64,000 nucleotides of DNA, taken from the IMG/VR virus record IMGVR_UViG_3300044638_008303, positions 1-64,000 of that record. One strand, given 5' to 3'. The notes under the pieces were generated by a model. The model saw only the letters and a program-made list of their open reading frames with translations. It searched no databases and was not told where the DNA came from. This document shows positions 48,701 through 57,132 of the stretch, piece by piece. Each line of letters starts with the position of its first letter. Positions within the stretch are counted from its first letter, which is position 1. This stretch comes from a virus. The position numbers and the translations under genes are program-made.

Positions 48701-51394
48701 CAAAATTAAACTACCTCTATTTAAATCTTTCAAAGCTCTAATTGAATTATATGGAATCGGCATTGGATCTGGTAAGATACCTTTAAAACAAGCGTTAGTA
48801 ACTACATCATCTACGCCACCATAATTTGATAAAAGATCAATACAATTATTAATATTCTGATCTGAATAATTTCTCCAATTAGTGACTTGCCAAGGGTATG
48901 GAACATTTTCATAACTATAATATGAAGTTGAAAAATTTTCAGCACATTCATCCAATTCATTACAAATACTAGCGCCTTCTTGAATTAACCATACCGATGA
49001 TCCACCAAAAAAAGGATCGTCCGGAATTGTCCGAATTACTCTCCTACGAATTCTTGAAAAAGGTTCTGATATTCTTAATATATGGTTCCATCTACCATAT
49101 TGATTATTTGGATCCGAATTTAAACTATCTGGAACGTAATACCCCAAAAGACTAGTATTAATATTATTTTGACAAGTCCTAACTATATAAAATCCAGGGT
49201 CTGGAACCCCATTTAAACAAAAACCATAAGCCCTAGATTGGTAACTTTTTGAATTATATGGTTTTGAGGTAGAGCCTAGCGTCGGTAAACTTTCATGCAA
49301 AAGATAAATAATTTCATCTCTAGCTAATACAGCTCGCCATGCTCCATCTTTTTCTGGCATTCTATAAAAAGGAGAGCAAAATGATTGTACCATACCCTTT
49401 TTTCCATTATTGAAAGGGTCTGAAATTATAAAATTAATTTTTTCGTCACTAATTGGAAATGTTTGATTTGTTATTATTCTACCCTCCCATTCGCCTGGCG
49501 GTGGCGGCAGTTCAGACTTGTTACAAGGCTCCATAAGAGGATCTACAGCACCTTCTTTTGTAATTAACCTTGCAAAACTTTTTGTAAGCATATCAACATC
49601 CCACCCATAGGCCATATCTTTAGTATAAATCTCTAAATCTTCACGAAGATTTATATTTTCATATAAAAATGGAGAAATATAAGTATTATAAATTTCCCAA
49701 TTACCATAAGAATCAGGCCTAACAAAATATGGGTATTCTGGTGAGCTAATAAGTGGTGAAGATGTTACCCCATAAGGAAGATAATAAACATAAACTTTAT
49801 TTAAATTTGGTAAACCTACAATCAAAGCATATGAATTAATAGCAACTGAAACCCCTGCATATTCTAAACCTGGGGGGAGATCATAATTTAATTGATTCTG
49901 GGTTTCTACAAAAGATCCATAATCATCATATCGTTGAATTTTAAATGTTTTAACATATATAGATTTTGGTTCGTTTGTATTTATATCATAATAAGCTCCG
50001 GCAATTGCGCAAGATGAATTCCCACAAATATCAAAAGCAATTGAAATTCCAAATCGAGATATTTCTGTCGGAGTAGATGCTGGGCCGTTGATTGTTTGTA
50101 ATTTTTTAAATGAATATTTAGTTTTAACTATCCAAACACCTGTAAAAAAATCTAAACGAGATAAATCAATAGGTTCAATTTCGTATATATTTACCTTATT
50201 ACTATTAGGAATACCGACAATTACTATAGTTCCAAATAAGACTTTCGCATACTCTTTATCTAAACTATAATGTTTCCAGAATAATTTACGAGAAGAAATA
50301 ATTCTATTATCTGGATAAATAGATTGTTGATCAAAACTAAAATCTTCAGAAGATAATTCTGAAAAAAATAATTCATTAGATATTAATATATCTGTAATGT
50401 CTTGATCACCTGGTGTAATTTCAACAATACCCTGGTCCTTATAACATAAATCAGATGCTGATTGAGTACATTCTGGCTCAACAGAGATGTTTCCATTTAA
50501 AGAAATCTTAACAAGACCATTAAAATATGTTTCTTTATAGTAAGTAAATTTGCCACCTATCAATATTTCTGTAACAGGATTCTGACCTATTGATGGAATT
50601 ATATCATAAACAGTATCGTCAAATCCCGAGCCAGATTGAAAATTATTACTTAAATTACCATTTGATTGTAAACTAATAATTCTATTAGCTGGATTATTTT
50701 TATAATTTAAAAATGAGCCACCAATAAAAATTTGATTTTGGCTACGATAATAAATAGCTCGTACTTCATTATCAAACCCAGGGCCAATATCAAAAGTATT
50801 ATCTATATTACCATCTGAGTTTAAAATAACTAGCCTATTTTTATTAATATTATTATAAGTAGTAAATTTTCCACCAACAATAATTCTATTATCATTACTA
50901 ATAGGATGTATATTATAAACATCATCATTGAATCCAGATCCAATATTAAATAATTGATCTATGCTACCATCTTCATTTAAACGAATTATTTTATTTCTGT
51001 TTTGGCCATTATATGAAGTAAATGATCCGCCAATTAGAATTTTACCATCAGATTGCTGGGTAATAAATTCAACATCACCATTAAAACCACTACCAATATT
51101 AAATGATCCATCTATACTACCATCTTCATTTAAACGGATTATTCTATTTCTGTTTTGACCATTATAGGAGGTAAAAGACCCGCCAATTAAGATTTTTTTA
51201 TTTTGTTGTATATATATTTTTTTTACATTATTATTAAAACCAGAGCCAATTTGAAAACTATCATCAATAGTTCCATATTTTGTTAAATATATAATTCTAT
51301 TTGATATAGTACCTCTAAATTGTGTAAACTCTCCGCCCAAAAAAATTCCAGAATCAGTATATGCGGTTGTTAAAACTTTATCATTAAAATGCAT
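45779..51394 (-). CDS. Large tail fibre/adhesin-like protein (1871 aa) with delta-60 and Asp-box/BNR propellers and a Cys-rich C-terminus
   Basis: Repeats DGKILIGGSFTSYNG.NRN.IIRLNEDGSID at the N-terminus; many SxDYGxTW repeats. Confidence 0.8.
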   Translation of the reverse strand: MHFNDKVLTTAYTDSGIFLGGEFTQFRGTISNRIIYLTKYGTIDDSFQIGSGFNNNVKKIYIQQNKKILIGGSFTSYNGQNRNRIIRLNEDGSIDGSFNIGSGFNGDVEFITQQSDGKILIGGSFTSYNGQNRNKIIRLNEDGSIDQLFNIGSGFNDDVYNIHPISNDNRIIVGGKFTTYNNINKNRLVILNSDGNIDNTFDIGPGFDNEVRAIYYRSQNQIFIGGSFLNYKNNPANRIISLQSNGNLSNNFQSGSGFDDTVYDIIPSIGQNPVTEILIGGKFTYYKETYFNGLVKISLNGNISVEPECTQSASDLCYKDQGIVEITPGDQDITDILISNELFFSELSSEDFSFDQQSIYPDNRIISSRKLFWKHYSLDKEYAKVLFGTIVIVGIPNSNKVNIYEIEPIDLSRLDFFTGVWIVKTKYSFKKLQTINGPASTPTEISRFGISIAFDICGNSSCAIAGAYYDINTNEPKSIYVKTFKIQRYDDYGSFVETQNQLNYDLPPGLEYAGVSVAINSYALIVGLPNLNKVYVYYLPYGVTSSPLISSPEYPYFVRPDSYGNWEIYNTYISPFLYENINLREDLEIYTKDMAYGWDVDMLTKSFARLITKEGAVDPLMEPCNKSELPPPPGEWEGRIITNQTFPISDEKINFIISDPFNNGKKGMVQSFCSPFYRMPEKDGAWRAVLARDEIIYLLHESLPTLGSTSKPYNSKSYQSRAYGFCLNGVPDPGFYIVRTCQNNINTSLLGYYVPDSLNSDPNNQYGRWNHILRISEPFSRIRRRVIRTIPDDPFFGGSSVWLIQEGASICNELDECAENFSTSYYSYENVPYPWQVTNWRNYSDQNINNCIDLLSNYGGVDDVVTNACFKGILPDPMPIPYNSIRALKDLNRGSLILDSRANLLAMARNTVTYYANPKQNYFANWKSKFFDDREEFIEPSISDPVLVGGGIVDISFFDSPPAMSRFKVVNFTNQYYDDITIFDRRVWRDISLVKPDLSNTNNLSLWLAWGNVYNGPTNHDPNFIKRGGSFYWDRLVRHQLLLDYYPVGLSSTVLPPGPFNPDLEIIGIDDRDAAMAATKDWSSNNGYKTILENNGNILVYNGNNLTTINIIKNWTAIAMSEDGKYQTALAWNESSGIGEIYRSNDYGATWSQGYQGAKQWKKLDISDTGQFQTAVAEMSKIFVSHDYGVTWIESFTELSWNSVSLNGRGDIQLACTLTSVYESKDYGISWSVVDFNTAVVNAELITTALNKNKEKYNYIIGLITNSNNGWFSINSGKNFNQISLSPKSPNPFLLGNCKIGSSYDAIFQTIVVNNGKVFTSRNYGITWNEVVHPVVNTNKQWKDVAISENGKYQTAVAFNDNIYVSDNFGKNWTLRGIVNSWESIKISSNGQIQIAVASNNRIYRSNDYGVNWSTINHPVLLTNKNWRSVSISKDGKYQTAVAFNGNIHTSDDYGVNWVLRQFSRPYQKVDMSLDGQFQTVVGNNIQIFVSRNYGQSWVGKSITNNWIDIAINDNGEIQIATSVDNVYISYDYGETWNLIDSINSSNFSSIFISKNKFNGLIIGPSDTDTNYDINHGWRSNMQYGYKVQLVQRFDGYPSYRSIGCIGTDDQSEFNTAGIVVFEKYSKENNNWKRFSPDLYGDNQDDKIGQSFDLPAVSFNNSIDPKIKFISGYGYTVYDASLLGVNEPPTFTIANQKSDLIKFNFGRNILTVLNSGDLKFYANECINLSDFVFGCCETDAGSAGQCWCCSTLNECYLRFESIYQVTSERRCSEIGRNSTVHKFTPFALNEFVCVSCQDLQFNPVCPNGSWDIKPGYECFIPGINPPVDGGGIVTPPGFENNLLNQPLYHTPMEKISLNNNILSGIDALIKY

Positions 51395-51414
51395 AAATTA
51401 TTATAATATTAAAA

Positions 51415-51420
51415 TTACAC
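51415..51420 (-). promoter_or_regulatory. GTGTAA motif (putative late promoter)
   Basis: 20 nt before ATG 51394. Confidence 0.5.
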
Positions 51421-51435
51421 CATTTAAATTTAATT

Positions 51436-54400
51436 TTAATAAAAATTAAGAAACCCACTATTCAGATAAGATGTGCCTATCCATAATCTTGTTTTTATAT
51501 TTCCATTATTAAAGAACCCAAGGTAATCAGAAGGATAAAAAATTGTAGTACCTAACGTAGAATTAGGGTATTTATTTAATAAAATATCATATAAATACCA
51601 TTTAAATGGTTCCATAATATTATTCCTATAAGTCCAAACTGCTCCAGAATTTTGATTATAACCGGGGCTACTAACGGTAATATTAATAGCGCCTCTTAAA
51701 GAAGGGCCTGTATCATAATAATTCTTGCCGTAAGTTATAATTTTTGAACCAAAAAGACTATTTGGAGCACCAGTTAATTTATTATAAAAAGACCAACCAA
51801 TATTTTTATCACCAGTATAAATAGAAACTGCGCCAGCTTGTAATCCATTTGTCGAATCATATGGAGCACCAATCGTTATGACATTTCCATTTTCATCCAT
51901 TGAAATACTATTTCCAAATCTACTATTAAAACTTCCAGTTAAACTATTTTTTAAAGACCATGTATTATTATTATTATTGTAACTATAAACTAAACAACCA
52001 GTATTTAAATTACCAGTACCACCAACAATTAAAACATCTCCTGAAAAATTAGTTTGTAAATTTAAACCAAAATTACCATTATTAACTGTAGAAGATAATT
52101 TTTGCTTAAAACCCCAATTACTAACAGAATTACCTGTATAATAGTAAACGGCACCTTGATTTAAACTATTATCACTGTCTTTAGGAGCGCCTACAAATAA
52201 ATCATTCTTATTATTTTTACCAAAATATATACTGTGCCCAAATCTACTATTAGAGCTACCAGTTAATGTTTGTTTTAGAATCCAATTATTATTTATATTT
52301 TCATATACATAAACGGCGCCACGATTCGAATCATTTGGGGCCCCTATAAAAATAATTTGTTCTGTTGGGTGCGTAGCTACAGAATACCCAAATTCAGAAT
52401 TTAAGACAGGGCCTGTAAAGCTTCTTATTAAACCTAAATAATTAATACTACGCGAATCACGTGAATAGAGTTGACAAGTGTTTAAATCACCACGCCCTAG
52501 TAAAATTACTTTTTGGTCAGTATAGACCGAATAGGATGTATCAATACTATATCCGTCTTTTAAGAAAGAACTATTATTGCTTAACCATTGTTCTGATGAT
52601 GATTCTTCTAAAGATAATTTTTTTTCTGTGATTGCTTTATGTAAATTAAAACTTGAAGGAATTTCTACAATCTCAAAATTATTGCCAGAATTAGAACTCA
52701 TAATCATAGGACCGTTCTTAATTAGACATATTGAATATTTATTATCATAACTAGATATTATTTTTGAATAATTTCTAAATTCATTTGTAAGCCTAAGATC
52801 TATAGTCCGATTATTATGATTGCCAGGATATAAAAATGTTGGGACACTGTTTTGGAAGGTGCCCGGATTTCCTGTAAAAATAGATTTTAAAGTTCTAATG
52901 CAGCATGGAGCTGGCGGAGGAGACAATACAATATCTGTAACAGGTCCTGATAAATTAATATCAAAAGAATTAAGTTTTCCATAATATGTATTACCACCAA
53001 AATTATTAAATGGGTCTGAATATTGATTCCATGTTTTTCCAGAATTATAAGATACATATAGACCCATTTCTTTTCTAGCGTCTGGACGTCTACTATAACC
53101 ATTAGCGTACCCTCCTGGTTGAGTTGGATCCCATATTCTTCCAGCAGAAAGTACTCCGGCAAACATTGTTTTACCATCATTTGAAATTGCAGCTGAAGCC
53201 CACATTCTACCATGACCAGTATAGCCATCTGGCGGGGCTGCCGAATTATCATCAGGACATGGTGGTTGATACTGTTCAGATACAAGTGCACCACATGGGG
53301 AACCACAATCAAAAGTATATGCAGTTTGGCCAACTCTGTTAGTTAGATATTTTGGCGACCAAGTTACACCATAATTATTTGAAACAAAAATTGGTGGGCA
53401 TCTTCTATTGGCCCTGGCCGATAATAATACTCCACCGATACCAGTATCAGCAGTTTCACATACTGCAATTTGATTTTGACCATCTCTACTCATTTTTATA
53501 CTAGCCCATGAATTACTTTCAGCTATGGGAGAATACCCACGAACTCCTTTATATCGCCAAGTTTCGCCAGAATTTGAGGACACGCAAATATTTCCTGTGA
53601 GACTAAATAATAATCCATAATAATTAATACAATTATTAGGAGATAAATCCCCAGTACAAACAAAATAATCAGAAACAGATGTAGTAATAAATCTTCCGTT
53701 ATCACTTATATCTACTGGGCCATAAGAAAATTTATCAGAAAAAGTAATATCGTTAAATGGAAAATTCCCCCATCTTGAAACATCTGAAAGATTTTTTCTA
53801 GCCCAAGTTATTCCATAATCATTTGAAACAAAGAATACACCGAAAGGTCCTGTTACCGCCATATGTTGTCCATTACTGCTCATAGCAGTATATTTCATAT
53901 TTGTAAAAGGAATATAATTAGGAAATGACATTTTAGGATGTATAATAGTTCCATCTATATCTTTATAATTATAATCTGGTTGAAACCATGTTTTTCCATA
54001 ATCGTGCGAAATTAATAATTCCGAACCATTTCTAACTGTTAGTATATATTGACCACCAGAACTTATATTTAAACTCTTGTTCCAGTTAGATCTATAATAG
54101 TAAGTTGTATCAACTACTCTTTCAAATGGGAAATCATCATCAGGATCAAATTCGCCGCTAGTACATTCAAAAGGTAAGCTTGGAATAAATTTACCACTAT
54201 TAAGACAATCTTTTAAGTTTAAAAATCTATTTGCTGGATACAAATAATCTTCAGTTTGAAATCCACTAAACTCACCAGCAATAGAATAAGAACATTGATC
54301 GCTATTAATATCGTATACTGTAGCCAAATTATTAATTATGGAGCTACTCGACGAACTACTCGACGAGCTACTCGACGAGCTACTCGACGAGCTACTCGAC

Positions 54401-57132
54401 GAGCTACTCGACGAGCTACTCGACGAGCTACTCGACGAACTAGAAAAAACTCTACACCAATTTGGATCAACAATATTATAAACCTCATCATATACCCATA
54501 ATTTAGTTCCTATCGAAAAACTGTTACATATTCGTGGCGGTTCGCAAGATAACCCTAATCTTATATCTCTAAAATTATTAAAATAATTTACAGAATTAAT
54601 GTAATATGTGCCGTTATAATTATTATTCCCTAAAATTAATATTTGATCACCAACAGAAGATCGGATACTTGGTATAATAGATGGGTTTAAATATAATAAT
54701 CTTACCATTTTCTGCCCAAAATTTTGTGTATTACATATTTGAAATTCTAAACCGTAATTAAAATTATCTCCTGAAAAGATTGGGTTTTGACTATTTATAA
54801 AAGTAATTGAACCGGATTTTTCAACAGAATATTGTTTTTTAGGCCAGTTTGAAAAACATTCCGACCAACAGTTCGTAATACTTGAATTATTAATAAAATA
54901 AAAATCTGGATTATCTATTGTAAAATAAATAATTGTTGGGTCACATGGGTATAATAAATTAGATTCTATACTAATATCGGTAATAGAAGGCACTATACCA
55001 GTGTCAAATATGGTAAATGGTTCTAATGTTGTTAATGTTTCTTCCCAACCCCCGCCATTATAATTGTTAGGAATTGGTTGTAAAATTGGATCTAAACCGC
55101 TTAAAAAGCCACTTTCAAATTCTAATTTTACATTGGGAACATCAAAAAGATGATAAAATTTTCCACTACCAGATGGCGTTTCCCCTAATCTGGAAATTCT
55201 TGTTCTACCGCCGGTTGGATGTCCGTCATATAATTGATAGTTCCCACTTATAAGTTGAAAATAACTATTTTCAAAAAATCTTTCTTCTTCCCCAGAAATT
55301 GGTCGTAATATATATCCAGTATATTGGAAATTATAAGTTGTATCATCTTTAAAACATTGATTAGCAGTAACAAAAGATGGGATTTCATTAATTTCTATAG
55401 TTTCCGGAATTTTAGGATCACAAAAAGTTATATTTAAACCTGTTGAAGCTATACCATCGAAAAAGCCAGTAGAACTATTAAGAACAACTGAACCATCGAC
55501 AGGATTAAATCCTGCCCCATCTTGATTCCAAAATAAAAAAGATTCTCCAGTTATTATTCCAACATAAGGTTTAAAAATAGTCCATTTACCAGGTTCAAAA
55601 TTTAGTAAATAATCTCCGATAAGTTTACCGCTTGTTCTTCCCCCAGTTGCTAAAGCCCCCCCAGTAATTTTAAAAAATCCAGTAACATTCCCCGTAGGAG
55701 AAAGAGGCGGAGATACTAATCTGATAGTTTCATACTCAGATTGGTCAAAAAATAAAAATAATCCGCCAGTATACCGAAAAAATTTTGTTGCAAAACCAGT
55801 TCTTGTAGCAGTTTCATAATCATAGTCAAAAGAATATTGGGAACATATAGAATTACTTAAATTTGAAGAACAGATAGCGTTATAAGCTGATTCACTAATT
55901 GGAGGTGGTACAAAATTACCGCTACTATTAAGATACCAACCTCTTTTAGCATCTGGCACGACACCTGTTACCAAACCAGAATAAAAACCTGTTAACAAAC
56001 CACCTTGAAAATTTATAAACCCACTAAATAAAATATTACCCTTACTACCCCGTGCTGAAATATTTGTTAATGAATATATGTCTCCTATCCCAGAAGCTAA
56101 TTTATCATATTTTTTTTCTATATATTGATCATCTGCAATTCTAAAAAAGCTTGCAATTCCAGAGCCTGTTCCGTATTCATAATAATTTCTTAGCGTATTG
56201 AATCCGCTAACCAACCCCGATACGTTTCCATATAAAAAACCGCTCCCTTCTATAAAACCAGATACAGTTTGGTTTGTTAAAAAAGCAGTTCTTTCTATTG
56301 GTATAAAATAATCCCCAGTAAAACCACTAATATATTTTAACTGAATAGATAATTCAATATCTTTTTCATCGTAAAAAGATAAAATATAATTTACAGTATT
56401 ATTGTTAGCAATATTATCTTGTTCCGGCCCAAAAGAAAGATATTGAATTTGGTCTTCTGGCGTTTCTAATATAAAACCAGAAACAGTAATATCAAAATTT
56501 AAAACTCCTATATTTGTATATAGAGTAATTGGTAAGGAAGAAGTTCCAATTATTAAGCCCGTATTAACTAAATTAAAAGAACCAGAGCTAGAAGGATTAA
56601 TTAAAAAATTATTTGGTAAATTGAGAAAAAAATTATTATCTGATAAAAATCCCGAAAATACATTTATAACACTGGAACCATTATTAAAAATAGTTATTGG
56701 TATGTTGGTATTTTGATAAATATATTCTTTAAAAGTATCTATAAAAAATACGGGTCTTTTCCCATAAATTATAAAATTATTAACATCAATAAAATTAGGA
56801 TTACCACTTAAAATAAAAGAAGATAGACTAAAATCGTTTTTATTTTCAGCTCCATAAAGAAGACTATTATTTTTATATAAGTCAAAATAATTTTGACCTA
56901 TATTACCGGAAAAATTTATATTTTCGTTACCAGCATAATTACCAATAAGATAATTGTTTTTATTATAAATTTTATTATTTTTTAAATTAAAAATATGTAA
57001 AAGCTGGTTTTCTCCAGAAAAATAAAAATTAAAATTTTGATTGCCAGTTACTTCTTGGGGTAGCAAATTTAAATTCCAACTAATTTTATTTTGTGGATAT
57101 ATACTTTTCGAAAATATGCCAGAAATTGTCAT
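51436..57132 (-). CDS. Large tail/virion protein (1898 aa): [S/T]G-rich N-terminus, poly-Ser linker, Asp-box and FG-GAP propellers
   Basis: SHDYGKTW/SNDYGITW repeats and FG.S...IGAP...GAVY repeats. Confidence 0.8.
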   Translation of the reverse strand: MTISGIFSKSIYPQNKISWNLNLLPQEVTGNQNFNFYFSGENQLLHIFNLKNNKIYNKNNYLIGNYAGNENINFSGNIGQNYFDLYKNNSLLYGAENKNDFSLSSFILSGNPNFIDVNNFIIYGKRPVFFIDTFKEYIYQNTNIPITIFNNGSSVINVFSGFLSDNNFFLNLPNNFLINPSSSGSFNLVNTGLIIGTSSLPITLYTNIGVLNFDITVSGFILETPEDQIQYLSFGPEQDNIANNNTVNYILSFYDEKDIELSIQLKYISGFTGDYFIPIERTAFLTNQTVSGFIEGSGFLYGNVSGLVSGFNTLRNYYEYGTGSGIASFFRIADDQYIEKKYDKLASGIGDIYSLTNISARGSKGNILFSGFINFQGGLLTGFYSGLVTGVVPDAKRGWYLNSSGNFVPPPISESAYNAICSSNLSNSICSQYSFDYDYETATRTGFATKFFRYTGGLFLFFDQSEYETIRLVSPPLSPTGNVTGFFKITGGALATGGRTSGKLIGDYLLNFEPGKWTIFKPYVGIITGESFLFWNQDGAGFNPVDGSVVLNSSTGFFDGIASTGLNITFCDPKIPETIEINEIPSFVTANQCFKDDTTYNFQYTGYILRPISGEEERFFENSYFQLISGNYQLYDGHPTGGRTRISRLGETPSGSGKFYHLFDVPNVKLEFESGFLSGLDPILQPIPNNYNGGGWEETLTTLEPFTIFDTGIVPSITDISIESNLLYPCDPTIIYFTIDNPDFYFINNSSITNCWSECFSNWPKKQYSVEKSGSITFINSQNPIFSGDNFNYGLEFQICNTQNFGQKMVRLLYLNPSIIPSIRSSVGDQILILGNNNYNGTYYINSVNYFNNFRDIRLGLSCEPPRICNSFSIGTKLWVYDEVYNIVDPNWCRVFSSSSSSSSSSSSSSSSSSSSSSSSSSSSSSSSSSSIINNLATVYDINSDQCSYSIAGEFSGFQTEDYLYPANRFLNLKDCLNSGKFIPSLPFECTSGEFDPDDDFPFERVVDTTYYYRSNWNKSLNISSGGQYILTVRNGSELLISHDYGKTWFQPDYNYKDIDGTIIHPKMSFPNYIPFTNMKYTAMSSNGQHMAVTGPFGVFFVSNDYGITWARKNLSDVSRWGNFPFNDITFSDKFSYGPVDISDNGRFITTSVSDYFVCTGDLSPNNCINYYGLLFSLTGNICVSSNSGETWRYKGVRGYSPIAESNSWASIKMSRDGQNQIAVCETADTGIGGVLLSARANRRCPPIFVSNNYGVTWSPKYLTNRVGQTAYTFDCGSPCGALVSEQYQPPCPDDNSAAPPDGYTGHGRMWASAAISNDGKTMFAGVLSAGRIWDPTQPGGYANGYSRRPDARKEMGLYVSYNSGKTWNQYSDPFNNFGGNTYYGKLNSFDINLSGPVTDIVLSPPPAPCCIRTLKSIFTGNPGTFQNSVPTFLYPGNHNNRTIDLRLTNEFRNYSKIISSYDNKYSICLIKNGPMIMSSNSGNNFEIVEIPSSFNLHKAITEKKLSLEESSSEQWLSNNSSFLKDGYSIDTSYSVYTDQKVILLGRGDLNTCQLYSRDSRSINYLGLIRSFTGPVLNSEFGYSVATHPTEQIIFIGAPNDSNRGAVYVYENINNNWILKQTLTGSSNSRFGHSIYFGKNNKNDLFVGAPKDSDNSLNQGAVYYYTGNSVSNWGFKQKLSSTVNNGNFGLNLQTNFSGDVLIVGGTGNLNTGCLVYSYNNNNNTWSLKNSLTGSFNSRFGNSISMDENGNVITIGAPYDSTNGLQAGAVSIYTGDKNIGWSFYNKLTGAPNSLFGSKIITYGKNYYDTGPSLRGAINITVSSPGYNQNSGAVWTYRNNIMEPFKWYLYDILLNKYPNSTLGTTIFYPSDYLGFFNNGNIKTRLWIGTSYLNSGFLNFY
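54340..54444 (-). repeat. 12-bp tandem repeat (GAGCTACTCGAC x8 plus a partial copy) encoding about 35 Ser
   Basis: Eight units at 54341-54436, one with a G>A variant, in frame within the 1898-aa gene. Confidence 0.97.

Noticed and set aside
54341-54436. Possible CRISPR array
   Set aside because: The 12-bp units are contiguous with no spacers and lie in frame as poly-Ser.
54256-54501. Plus-strand ORF with RRAT repeats
   Set aside because: It is the antisense shadow of the poly-Ser repeat inside the 1898-aa gene.
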